Source of the DNA: an uncultured Alphaproteobacteria bacterium
Lineage (GTDB): Bacteria > Pseudomonadota > Alphaproteobacteria > Rhizobiales > Xanthobacteraceae
Reading direction: 5' to 3'
DNA: 64,000 bases
Assembly (NCBI GenBank): GCA_963753355.1
Contig: CAVWBV010000005.1
Location: 12,735 to 76,734 of the forward strand
Shown: positions 18,713 through 27,733 of the stretch, piece after piece
How the letters are laid out: every line of letters starts with the position of its first letter
Position numbering within the stretch: the stretch's first letter is position 1
The notes under the pieces: model-generated
The model's input: only the letters and a program-made list of their open reading frames with translations
Told to the model about the DNA's origin: nothing
The model's database searches: none
Position numbers and translations under genes: made by a program

Positions 18713-20911
18713 TTAGGAGGAAAGAACGACTGAAACCCGAATGCCGCCTTCGACCCGCAACGTGTCAAGGGAGACGTTCCCGTTGTGCCGGCGGACCCGC
18801 AGGTCCACGCATGACGAACCGAGCTGCAAGTTGCGCAACGTCACCTCGTCGAGAAATGCCGGCAGTCGCGGATTACACAGCCTGATCTCCTTGGCGGACG
18901 GATCGAACTCAAGCCCAAGGCTGGCTTCGAGAAGCGTAAACGGCGTCGCGCTGGCCCAGGCCTGTGGCGAACACGCGACCGGATAAAGCGTCGGTCCGTG
19001 GCCACGCTGGCGCGGGAACCCGCAGAAAAGCTCCGGCAGCCGGCGATACTCCATATAAGTCGCGGCGCCGAACAATCCGGCGAATAGCCTTTCGACCGAT
19101 TGCTTCAATCCGTAACGTGCAAGACCGAGGGCGATCAGCGCGTTGTCGTGCGGCCAGATCGAGCCGTTATGATAGGACATCGGATTAAAGCGCGCCTCGC
19201 CGTTGGCGACGGTGCGAATACCCCATCCGGAGAAAAAGTGCGGCCGCAGCAATTCGCGGCCAACGAGCTTCGCACGCTCCGGGTCGACGATGCCGGTGAA
19301 CAACAGCTGACCGGCATTTGACGCGCGCACAGCGCACCGCTCCTTGGCCCCGTCGAGCGCGAGCGCATAGGTGCCAATCTCCGGACACCAGAAAGCGGCT
19401 TCGAATTTTTCGGCAAACGCCGCTGCTTCGGCCTCGAGCTTTGTCGCCTGATCGTATCGCCCGATCCGACGGGCGCACGATGCCGCCATTCGCTTGGCGG
19501 CGTAGACATAACCTTGCACTTCGGCCAATGCGATCTCGCCTTCCGCGAGGCGGCCGTCAGCGTGGAAAATGGCGTCGTTCGAGTCCTTCCAACCCTGATT
19601 GGCCAAACCCTGTTCGGTGGCGCGCATGTACTCCACGAAACCGTCGCCGTCAGGGTCGCCCGGACCGGCGATCCAACTCAACGCGGCTTCGATCGACGGC
19701 CACAAGGCGCTGATCGTCGCGACGTCGCCGGTGCGCTCCAGATAAAGGCCCGCGAGCAGCACGAATAACGGAGTGGAATCGACGCTGCCGTAATAGAGCC
19801 CGAACGGGACCTCATGCAGCGCCGCCATTTCACCGCCGCGCATCTCGTGCAGGATCTTTCCCGGTTCTGCATCGGCCGCCGGATCGGTCGTTTTCGCCTG
19901 ATAAGCAGCGAGGCGCTGCAGCACGCCTTTGGCGACGTCAGGGCTCCACCACAGCATTTGCATGGCGGTGATCAGGCCGTCGCGCCCGAATGTCGTCGAA
20001 AACCACGGAATGCCGGCATAAGGATAGCGTCCTTGCGGCGTATCGGTCATCAACATTTCAAGATCGGCTGCCGAACGGCACAGGATTTCGTTGAACAGGT
20101 CGTTCGACGTTTCGGCGCTGGTGCGGCCGCGTGTCGTATCGCGAAGTTTGCGTCGTGACGCGATGAGCGCGCGCGTGAAGCGGGCTGGACGATTTTCACT
20201 TTCGTTGCAGCCGGTGGCCACAAATATCGGGCGCGTCTCTCCGGGAAGAAGACGCAAATCGTAGGTAGCGATGTTGGTTGTCAATTGATCCGGTGGCGGG
20301 TCGAAGGTCAGCGTGGTGCGCCGCAGTTTACCGTCGAGGCCGTGATAGTTCAGGAGTACCTGATCGTTACCGCGTTGCTGCGACGTTTGCGTCCCGCGGC
20401 GTTGCCGCCGGGTGCCGCGCACCTCGAACAGGTCGGCGAAATCATTGGCAAAAAGAATAGATATCCGGACATCCACCGTCCTGGCGGCATAGTTGCGCAG
20501 GCCGACACGCTGGTAGGCGGTGTCGCGCCAGAGGAAAAATGTGCGCAAGATATGCAACGTGTCTTTTTCCAGCGTGATCTGCCGGTTGGTCATCAGGTCC
20601 GGGTTGGTTAGGTCGACGGCGAGCGAGGCATTGTCGTCGCGCAGGTTGGAACCCAACAGCAGCGGCGGGACGTCGTTCACCCTCAGCTCAAGCCGCGAGA
20701 GGAACCTGGTATCGCAATGGAATAAGCCGTCAGCCGCGTCAGCCGAGACGCCGATATCGCCATGGCTGTCGAGGACGAGGAAAGTGTCGTTATGCTTAAG
20801 CGAACTCCGCGGGCGCGTCGCCGATTGCGTCGCGGAAATATAAAACGGCGCCTCCGTGGGATGGGCCGGGGGCACTGTCTGCGCGGCGGTCGTTTTGGCC
20901 ATGGCTTTCAC
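18713..20911 (-). CDS. amylo-alpha-1,6-glucosidase / glycogen-debranching-type (GDE_C) glycoside hydrolase
   Basis: 732-aa ORF with GIPWFSTTFGRDGLITA, HEMRGGEMA and NGSIWPHDNA motifs, characteristic of the bacterial GDE_N/GDE_C family as I recall it. Confidence 0.85.
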   Translation of the reverse strand: MKAMAKTTAAQTVPPAHPTEAPFYISATQSATRPRSSLKHNDTFLVLDSHGDIGVSADAADGLFHCDTRFLSRLELRVNDVPPLLLGSNLRDDNASLAVDLTNPDLMTNRQITLEKDTLHILRTFFLWRDTAYQRVGLRNYAARTVDVRISILFANDFADLFEVRGTRRQRRGTQTSQQRGNDQVLLNYHGLDGKLRRTTLTFDPPPDQLTTNIATYDLRLLPGETRPIFVATGCNESENRPARFTRALIASRRKLRDTTRGRTSAETSNDLFNEILCRSAADLEMLMTDTPQGRYPYAGIPWFSTTFGRDGLITAMQMLWWSPDVAKGVLQRLAAYQAKTTDPAADAEPGKILHEMRGGEMAALHEVPFGLYYGSVDSTPLFVLLAGLYLERTGDVATISALWPSIEAALSWIAGPGDPDGDGFVEYMRATEQGLANQGWKDSNDAIFHADGRLAEGEIALAEVQGYVYAAKRMAASCARRIGRYDQATKLEAEAAAFAEKFEAAFWCPEIGTYALALDGAKERCAVRASNAGQLLFTGIVDPERAKLVGRELLRPHFFSGWGIRTVANGEARFNPMSYHNGSIWPHDNALIALGLARYGLKQSVERLFAGLFGAATYMEYRRLPELFCGFPRQRGHGPTLYPVACSPQAWASATPFTLLEASLGLEFDPSAKEIRLCNPRLPAFLDEVTLRNLQLGSSCVDLRVRRHNGNVSLDTLRVEGGIRVSVVLSS

Positions 20912-21263
20912 ATCGGTTGTGATATGTGATTCTCGTCGTGTCGGTAGCTTTCCCGAAACGGCTCAGCAACTTAACTTTTTCTACGGTTGTTGTTGCACCG
21001 CAATAGTGCACTGCGGCTTCATGGCTAACGCATAGCCCGCCGCGCTGATCCATTCGGGCTGCTTGTCCGTCGAAAGAAAGCGCCCAACCGGGCTGGGCGA
21101 CCAAGCGTCGCGACGCCACCTCCGCTGACCGCGCGTTCTTGCATTTATTCGCGGGATAACGTGAAACTTGCCCACGATCGCGCCCCCTTGGGACGGGTGG
21201 TTCGTTAGAAGCGACGTCCTGAAGAAGACTTCTTACAGGGCGCACAGAAATGGGACGGAAACG

Positions 21264-22540
21264 ATGACGGTCGAGTTGCCGGCCATTGCGCCGGATGTAG
21301 CAGTTGCGCAGTCGACAGGCCGCTGGGGTCAGCTCGTTGTCGGCGTGCTCTGCATGGTGATGATCGCCAACCTGCAATATGGCTGGACGCTTTTCGTCGA
21401 TCCGATCGACCAAAAATATCACTGGGGCGCTGCCGCCATCCAGGTTGCATTCAGCGTGTTCATCGCCACCGAGACATGGCTTGTTCCGGTTGAAGGCTGG
21501 TTCGTCGACCGTTTCGGACCTCGCGTTGTGGTCGCGCTCGGTGGGATTTTTGTCGCTGGTGCCTGGGCGTTCAACGCCTTCGCGAGCTCGTTATGGGAAT
21601 TGTACGTCGCCGCTGCGCTTTCGGGCGTTGGCGCCGGCGCGGTTTATGGGACTTGCGTCGGCAATGCGCTCAAATGGTTTCCTGATCTGCGCGGGCTTGC
21701 CGCCGGCCTGACCGCCGCGGGCTTCGGCGCCGGCACCGCCGCGACCGTCATTCCCATTCGCGAAGTCATCCTTGGTTACGGCTACGAACACGCTTTTCTT
21801 TGGTTCGGTCTAGGCCAGGGCCTCGTCATCATCTTGTTTTCGCGGCTTCTGCGCGCGCCGCAGCCGGGCGAAACGCCGGATGGCGGCGGCACGGCTGACG
21901 CATTCGCTTCGCGACTACGCGCCGCTCGAAACCCTCCGTTCGCCGGTCTTCTGGCTCCTTTATCTTATGTTTGTCATGGTCGCGGCGTCCGGCCTCATGG
22001 CCACGGCGCAGGTCGCGCCGATCGCCAGGGATTTCGGACTCTCCGATCAAAGCGTCGATTTGTATTTCGTCACTGCCACGACGCTAAGCGCGGCGCTTGT
22101 CATCGACAACATTCTCAATGGCCTGGCGCGGCCGTTCTTCGGCTGGGTGTCCGACGTCATCGGCCGCGAGAACACAATGGGCGATCGTGTTTACGCTTGG
22201 CGCGGCCGCCTACTGGAGTCTCGGCGCGTTCGGGCACACGCCGTATTTGTTCATCCTGTTTGCTGGGTTCATCTTCTTCACCTGGGGTGAAATCTTCAGC
22301 CTGTTTCCCGCCATCGCCACCGATACATATGGTGCGAAATACGCCACCGCGAATGCGGGGCTCCTTTACACCGCAAAGGGGACGGCGGTTTGGGTCGTCC
22401 CGGTGGCGAGCTTGATCAAGAGCTACACCGGCAGCTGGCATTGGGTCTTCGTCATCGCCGGCATCATGAATCTGCTAGTGGCGATTCTGGCCTTGTTTGC
22501 GCTCAAGCCGATGCGCCGGCGGATCGTCAAGTTCGGTTGA
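21264..22540 (+). pseudogene. oxlT: oxalate:formate antiporter-family MFS (OxlT-like), interrupted by two +1 frame changes
   Basis: The protein continues across three frames. Frame 0 runs to ...LLRAPQPGETP (~21878). Frame 1 reads THSLRDYAPLETLRSPVFWLLYLMF...WVSDVIGRENTM. Frame 2 reads AIVFTLGAAAYWSLG...ALKPMRRRIVKFG. N-terminal IANLQYGWTLFVDPI is the OFA-family signature. Confidence 0.8.
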
Positions 22541-22626
22541 GCTGCGGACCGCGGGGGTTAGACGTTCGGCCCAGCGGCTCCCCCCTTCCCAGCGCTCGCT
22601 AGAGGCGGGTTTTCAGCGCTTTTCGT

Positions 22627-22645
22627 CTGGTATAATGTATACCAG
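22627..22645. promoter_or_regulatory. perfect 8-bp inverted repeat CTGGTATA-ATG-TATACCAG (GntR/FadR-type operator candidate) that embeds a TATAAT -10 hexamer
   Basis: Read directly from the sequence. It matches the generic GntR operator shape (t.GT...AC.a) and lies immediately 5' of, or overlapping, the first ATGs of the GntR gene. Confidence 0.55.
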
Positions 22646-22646
22646 C

Positions 22647-23393
22647 ATGATCGCACGTGTCGCCAGAGTGCCTCGGACGAACCCAGGCCGCCCTTTAGTG
22701 GCCACGCGGCAACCGCGGCCGGCGGTCGATCCCTTGCCGAGCGCGCAAAACTTCAAGAGCCAGGTCTATGCGGCGCTGAAGAACGCCATCGCCGGCATGG
22801 ACATCTACGGCAGTTCCTCCGAGATCAGGCTGGATGAGCGCGGCCTCGCGGAGGACTTTGGTGTCAGCCGCACGCCAGTGCGCGAGGCCATGGCGCAGCT
22901 CGAACGCGAGGGATTTATCCGTTCGGTGCCGCGCCGCGGCGTCTACGTGGTCCGCAAGACCAAGCGCGAAGTCATCGATTTGATTGTCGCTTGGGCGGCA
23001 CTCGAGGGGATGGCGGCGAGGCTCATCACCCAGACCGCCAGCGATGGAGAAATCGCCGCGCTACGCCGGATGTTCGCGACTTTCGAGGACGGCGAAGTGC
23101 GCGCGCATCTCGACGAATACTCGGAGATCAACATCGAATTCCACCAGGCACTCATTCGCCTGAGCGGCAACACGACGCTGGTCGATCTTGCCGAGAATTT
23201 GTTCACCCACATGCGAATGATCCGGAGAAAGACGATTGGCGAACGAGATCGCGCCGATCGCTCCATCCGCGACCACATGCAGATCATTGAGGCTCTGGAA
23301 GCGCGTGACGCCGCTCGCGCCGAAGTTTTGGTGCGTGATCACGCGCTCGGCCTTGCCGAGCACATCGCAAAGTACGTGGATTATTTGGACTGA
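22647..23393 (+). CDS. GntR-family transcriptional regulator (FadR/FCD subfamily)
   Basis: wHTH LAEDFGVSRTPVREAMAQLEREGFI plus a C-terminal FCD-like helical domain. The start is ambiguous (ATG 22635/22647, GTG 22698 and TTG 22734 are all in frame). Confidence 0.85.
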   Translation: MIARVARVPRTNPGRPLVATRQPRPAVDPLPSAQNFKSQVYAALKNAIAGMDIYGSSSEIRLDERGLAEDFGVSRTPVREAMAQLEREGFIRSVPRRGVYVVRKTKREVIDLIVAWAALEGMAARLITQTASDGEIAALRRMFATFEDGEVRAHLDEYSEINIEFHQALIRLSGNTTLVDLAENLFTHMRMIRRKTIGERDRADRSIRDHMQIIEALEARDAARAEVLVRDHALGLAEHIAKYVDYLD

Positions 23394-23483
23394 AAAATCA
23401 CCGGACCTTGTCACCCCGGGAGCGAGCGGCTTGCGGCCGCGCCTGCACCCCAAGAAAACGACAATTCATCAAGGAGAGCTTTT

Positions 23484-25229
23484 ATGGCGGAAGCGGCGGC
23501 AAAGGAGCAACGTAGCGTCGGCGTTGCGATGCAAGCGGAGCCGGAAAAGACCGACGGTTTTTCGCTGATCATCGATGCGCTCAAGCTCAATGGCGTGACG
23601 ACGATCTACGGCGTGCCGGGCATTCCGATTACCGACTTCGGCCGCATGGCCCAGGCTTCAGGCATCCGCGTTCTATCCTTCCGCCACGAGCAGAATGCCG
23701 GGTATGCCGCCGCTATTGCGGGTTTCCTCACCAAGAAGCCCGGCATCTGCCTCACCGTGTCGGCGCCCGGTTTCCTCAATGGCCTTACTGCGCTGGCCCA
23801 TGCAACGACCAACTGTTTCCCGATGATTCTGATCTCGGGCTCCTCCGAGCGCGAGATCGTCGACTTGCAGCAAGGCGATTACGAGGAGATGGATCAACTC
23901 GCCGTCGCCAAGCCGCTGTGCAAAGCGGCGTTTCGCGTGCTGCATGCCGCCGATATCGGCATCGGCGTAGCGAGGGCGATCCGCGCCGCTGTGTCCGGCA
24001 GGCCGGGCGGCGTCTATCTCGATCTGCCAGCGAAGCTATTCGGCCAGGTGATGGACGCGGAAGCAGGACGCAAATCACTGGTCAAGGTCATTGACGCCGC
24101 GCCAGCGCAAATCCCTGCGCCCGAGGCGATCAAGCGCGCGCTCGACGTGCTCAAGGGCGCCAAACGTCCGCTGATTATTCTCGGCAAGGGTGCGGCCTAC
24201 GCGCAGGCCGACGATGCGATCAAGAGTTTCGTCGAAAAAAGCGGCGCACCGTTTCTGCCGATGAGCATGGCCAAGGGCTTGCTGCCCGATACGCATCCGC
24301 AATGCGCCGGCGCCGCGCGCTCCACTGTGCTCAAGGAGTCCGATGTCGTCGTGCTGATCGGCGCGCGGCTGAACTGGCTGCTCTCGCACGGCAAAGGCAA
24401 GACCTGGGGCGACGCACCGAAGAAATTTATCCAGATCGACATCGAGCCGAGGGAAATGGATTCAAACGTCGAGATCGCGGCGCCCGTAGTCGGCGACGTA
24501 GGTTCGTGTGTTGCCGCACTCGTGAGCGGAGCAGGCGCCAACTGGCCTGCGGCGTCCGCTGACTGGATCAAGACCGTCGCGTCAAAACGCGACGAGAACG
24601 TCGCAAAAATGGCGCCGCGGCTGATGAACAACAATTCGCCAATGGACTATCACGGCGCACTTGGCGTGCTGCGCACCATCGTAAAAGAGCGGCCGGACGC
24701 GATCCTGGTCAATGAAGGCGCCAACACGCTCGATCTTGCGCGCGGCGTGATCGATATGTATCGGCCGCGCAAACGCATCGACGTCGGCACCTGGGGCGTG
24801 ATGGGGATTGGGATGGGCTATGCCGTCGGCGCTGCCGTCGAGACCGGCAAGCCGGTGCTGGCGGTCGAAGGCGACTCCGCCTTCGGCTTTTCCGGCATGG
24901 AGATCGAGACGATCTGCCGCTACAGGCTGCCGGTCTGCATCGTCGTCTTTAACAACGACGGCATTTATCGCGGTACCGATGTCAACAGCGCCGGCCCAGA
25001 TCCGGCGACAACGGTTTTTGTCAGGGGATCGCGCTACGACAAGATGATCGAGGCCTTCGGCGGGGTCGGCGTCAACGCGACCTCCCCGGACGAACTCAAG
25101 CGCGCCGTAAACGCGGCGATGGATTCCGGAAAGCCGACCCTTATCAACGCGGTGATCGATCCGGCGGCTGGCAGCGAGTCCGGCCGCATCGGGAATCTCA
25201 ATCCGCAGAGTGCGCTGCGCAAGAAGTGA
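23484..25229 (+). CDS. oxc: oxalyl-CoA decarboxylase (ThDP-dependent)
   Basis: Strong end-to-end resemblance to Oxc ([29 protein letters not shown]...; ThDP motif [31 protein letters not shown]). AAGGAG SD, and adjacent to frc. Confidence 0.92.
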   Translation: MAEAAAKEQRSVGVAMQAEPEKTDGFSLIIDALKLNGVTTIYGVPGIPITDFGRMAQASGIRVLSFRHEQNAGYAAAIAGFLTKKPGICLTVSAPGFLNGLTALAHATTNCFPMILISGSSEREIVDLQQGDYEEMDQLAVAKPLCKAAFRVLHAADIGIGVARAIRAAVSGRPGGVYLDLPAKLFGQVMDAEAGRKSLVKVIDAAPAQIPAPEAIKRALDVLKGAKRPLIILGKGAAYAQADDAIKSFVEKSGAPFLPMSMAKGLLPDTHPQCAGAARSTVLKESDVVVLIGARLNWLLSHGKGKTWGDAPKKFIQIDIEPREMDSNVEIAAPVVGDVGSCVAALVSGAGANWPAASADWIKTVASKRDENVAKMAPRLMNNNSPMDYHGALGVLRTIVKERPDAILVNEGANTLDLARGVIDMYRPRKRIDVGTWGVMGIGMGYAVGAAVETGKPVLAVEGDSAFGFSGMEIETICRYRLPVCIVVFNNDGIYRGTDVNSAGPDPATTVFVRGSRYDKMIEAFGGVGVNATSPDELKRAVNAAMDSGKPTLINAVIDPAAGSESGRIGNLNPQSALRKK

Positions 25230-25278
25230 TTTTCACCGCCGCAGGTTGCGGCCGGAAGCCAAGTTCAGGAGCACGGTG

Positions 25279-26745
25279 ATGGCAAAGCGAGCGAGAAGGA
25301 CCAACAGGAAAACCAAAAAGGCTGCGAGTAAACCTGCGCCCACGAAAAGGATGATCGCGGCAAAAAAATCCGGGAAAAAGACCGTCAAGCTCAAGGCCGC
25401 GTCCGCGGCCAAAACAGCCGGCGCAAACTGCGCGCCGCGGCCTTCGGCAAAGCCTTGGGGCCAGGCAGGCAGGGCGCTCGACGGGGTGCGTATTCTCGAC
25501 TTCACCCACGTTCAATCGGGACCAACCTGCACGCAGCTCCTCGCTTACATGGGCGCGGACGTCATCAAAGTGGAACGGCCCGGCATCGGCGACATCACGC
25601 GAGGGCAGTTGCGCGATGTGAAAGGCGCCGACAGCCTCTACTTCACCATGCTCAACGGCAGTAAGCGATCGATCACCATCGATTCCAAGCACCCGAAGGG
25701 CAAGGAAATCCTCGACCGGCTGGTCAAGCAATGCGACGTGCTCGTTGAAAATTTTGCGCCCGGCGCGCTCGACCGTATGGGCCTGACTTTCGATCACATC
25801 CACAAGCTCAACCCGCGCATGATCGTCGCCTCGGTGAAAGGGTTTGGGCCCGGACCGTACGAAGATTGCAAGGTCTACGAGAATGTTGCGCAATGCGCCG
25901 GCGGTTCGGCTTCGACCACCGGCTTTCGCGAGGGGCCGCCGCTTGTCACCGGCGCGCAAATCGGTGATTCCGGCACCGGGCTGCATCTGGCGCTCGGCAT
26001 CGTCGCTGCGCTTTACCAACGTCAGCGTACCGGGAGGGGCCAAAAAGTCCTGTGCGCCATGCAGGACGGCGTTCTCAATCTCGCACGGGTAAAGCTGCGC
26101 GACCAGCAGCGGCTCAAGGCCGGTCCGCTCACCGAGTACAGCCAGCATGGCGAGGGCGTCGCCTTCGGTCCGGCTACGCCGCGCGCCGGCAACGATTCCG
26201 GCGGAGGTCAGCCCGGCTGGATTCTCAAATGCAAAGGCTGGGAGAACGACCCCGACGCTTACGTTTATTTCATCACCCAGGCCCCAGTCTGGACGGCGAT
26301 TTGCGATCTGATCGGCAAGCCGGAATGGAAGACGGACGCCGATTACGCAACGCCTAACGCGAGGTTGCCGCGGCTCAAGCAGATTTTCGCGACCATCGAA
26401 CAGTGGACCATGACCATGACCAAGTTCGAGGTCATGGAAACCTGTAACAAGCATGACATTCCGGTCGGGCCGATCCTGTCAATGAAGGAGCTCGCCGAAG
26501 AGTCTTCGTTGCGCGCGACCGGCACCGTGGTCGAAGTCGACCATCCCACGCGTGGGCGATACCTCACGGTGGGCAATCCGATCAAGTTGTCCGACTCGCC
26601 GGCCGATGTTCGCCGCTCCCCGCTGCTTGGCGAGCACACCGACGAAGTGCTACGCGACGTGCTGCGCTTCTCAGAGAAAGAGATTGCCGATATCAAAGCT
26701 TCCGGCGCGTTGAGTGTGGCCGAGAAGAAAGCCGAAGCCGCCTGA
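25279..26745 (+). CDS. frc: formyl-CoA:oxalate CoA-transferase with a Lys/Ala-rich N-terminal extension
   Basis: The core from [23 protein letters not shown]... to the end is closely similar to Frc sequences I recall. AGGAG (25267-25271) lies 7 nt before ATG 25279. There is no ATG/GTG/TTG at the canonical position. Confidence 0.9.
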   Translation: MAKRARRTNRKTKKAASKPAPTKRMIAAKKSGKKTVKLKAASAAKTAGANCAPRPSAKPWGQAGRALDGVRILDFTHVQSGPTCTQLLAYMGADVIKVERPGIGDITRGQLRDVKGADSLYFTMLNGSKRSITIDSKHPKGKEILDRLVKQCDVLVENFAPGALDRMGLTFDHIHKLNPRMIVASVKGFGPGPYEDCKVYENVAQCAGGSASTTGFREGPPLVTGAQIGDSGTGLHLALGIVAALYQRQRTGRGQKVLCAMQDGVLNLARVKLRDQQRLKAGPLTEYSQHGEGVAFGPATPRAGNDSGGGQPGWILKCKGWENDPDAYVYFITQAPVWTAICDLIGKPEWKTDADYATPNARLPRLKQIFATIEQWTMTMTKFEVMETCNKHDIPVGPILSMKELAEESSLRATGTVVEVDHPTRGRYLTVGNPIKLSDSPADVRRSPLLGEHTDEVLRDVLRFSEKEIADIKASGALSVAEKKAEAA

Positions 26746-26806
26746 TTCATTGCCGTCCGGCCACAAGGTTGCGTGCCAGTCGTCGCGTGCGGAAGGAAAG
26801 ACGTTG

Positions 26807-27733
26807 ATGCGTATTGTCGTTCATGGACAGCAGGCGTTCGGCAAGGCCGTGCTGGAAGCGCTGGTCAAGCGCGGCGAGAACGTGGTCGCCGCCTACGTCG
26901 CGCCGGAGAAGGAAGGCGCCAAGGCCGATCCGCTCAAAGAGGCCGCGCTGGCGCTGAAGATTCCGGTCTACCAGCCGGCATCGTACCGCAAACCGGAAGT
27001 GTGGGAGGAATTCCGCGCGCTCAAGCCGGACTTGCAAGTGATGGCTTTCGTCACTTTGTTCGTGCCGGAAGAGTTTTTGAACATTCCGACCCACGGTTCG
27101 ATCCAGTATCACCCGTCGCTGTTGCCCGCGTATCGTGGGCCGAGCGCCATCAATTGGCCCATCATCAAAGGCGACACCGAAACCGGCCTTTCGATTTTCT
27201 GGCCTGATGACGGACTCGATACCGGCGACGTTTTGTTGCAGAAGAAAACGCCGATCGGTCCTGCCGATACGCTCGGCTCGGTCTATTTCGACCGGTTGTT
27301 TCCCATGGGCGTGGACGCGATGCTTGAGGCCGTCGATCTCGTCAAAGCCGGCAACGCGCCGCGCTACAAACAGGACGCGAGCAAAGCGACATATGAGGGC
27401 CGCTGCGGCGCCGATAACGCGCATATCGACTGGGGCAGGCCGTGGCAGGAAATCGATCGGCTGGTTCGCGGCTGCAATCCGGCGCCCGGCTCGTGGTCCG
27501 AACTTGACGGCAAGCGCGTCAAAATCTTCGAAGCAAAGCCGCTGCCGGCGAAGGACCCCAAAGGCATCGGCGGCAAGATGGGTGAGATCGTCGCCATCGA
27601 CTCCGACGGATTCACAGTCGTGTGCGCGGACGGCCGCTTCAAGGTCACACGCGTTCAGGCCGACGGCCCCAAAATCGCGGGCGGCGAATTCGCCGCCAAT
27701 GCAAAGCTCAACCCCGGCATGAGGTTTTCATGA
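26807..27733 (+). CDS. formyltransferase-family protein (Fmt fold; closest in motif to the 10-formyl-THF dehydrogenase N-terminal hydrolase domain)
   Basis: [51 protein letters not shown], plus an Fmt-type C-terminal domain. GGAAGGA SD. The stop overlaps the fhs start (ATGA, 27730-27733). Confidence 0.8.
   Translation: MRIVVHGQQAFGKAVLEALVKRGENVVAAYVAPEKEGAKADPLKEAALALKIPVYQPASYRKPEVWEEFRALKPDLQVMAFVTLFVPEEFLNIPTHGSIQYHPSLLPAYRGPSAINWPIIKGDTETGLSIFWPDDGLDTGDVLLQKKTPIGPADTLGSVYFDRLFPMGVDAMLEAVDLVKAGNAPRYKQDASKATYEGRCGADNAHIDWGRPWQEIDRLVRGCNPAPGSWSELDGKRVKIFEAKPLPAKDPKGIGGKMGEIVAIDSDGFTVVCADGRFKVTRVQADGPKIAGGEFAANAKLNPGMRFS

Noticed and set aside
21218-21240. Imperfect inverted repeat CCTGAAGAAG-AC-TTCTTACAGG upstream of oxlT
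   Set aside because: It has one bulge, no similarity to the GntR palindrome at 22627 and no second copy. Evidence for a regulatory site is insufficient.
25198-26454. 418-aa ORF on the minus strand
   Set aside because: It is entirely antisense to frc, which has unmistakable homology. The composition is Arg/Gly/Ala/Pro-rich, typical of shadow ORFs in GC-rich DNA. No motif or RBS.
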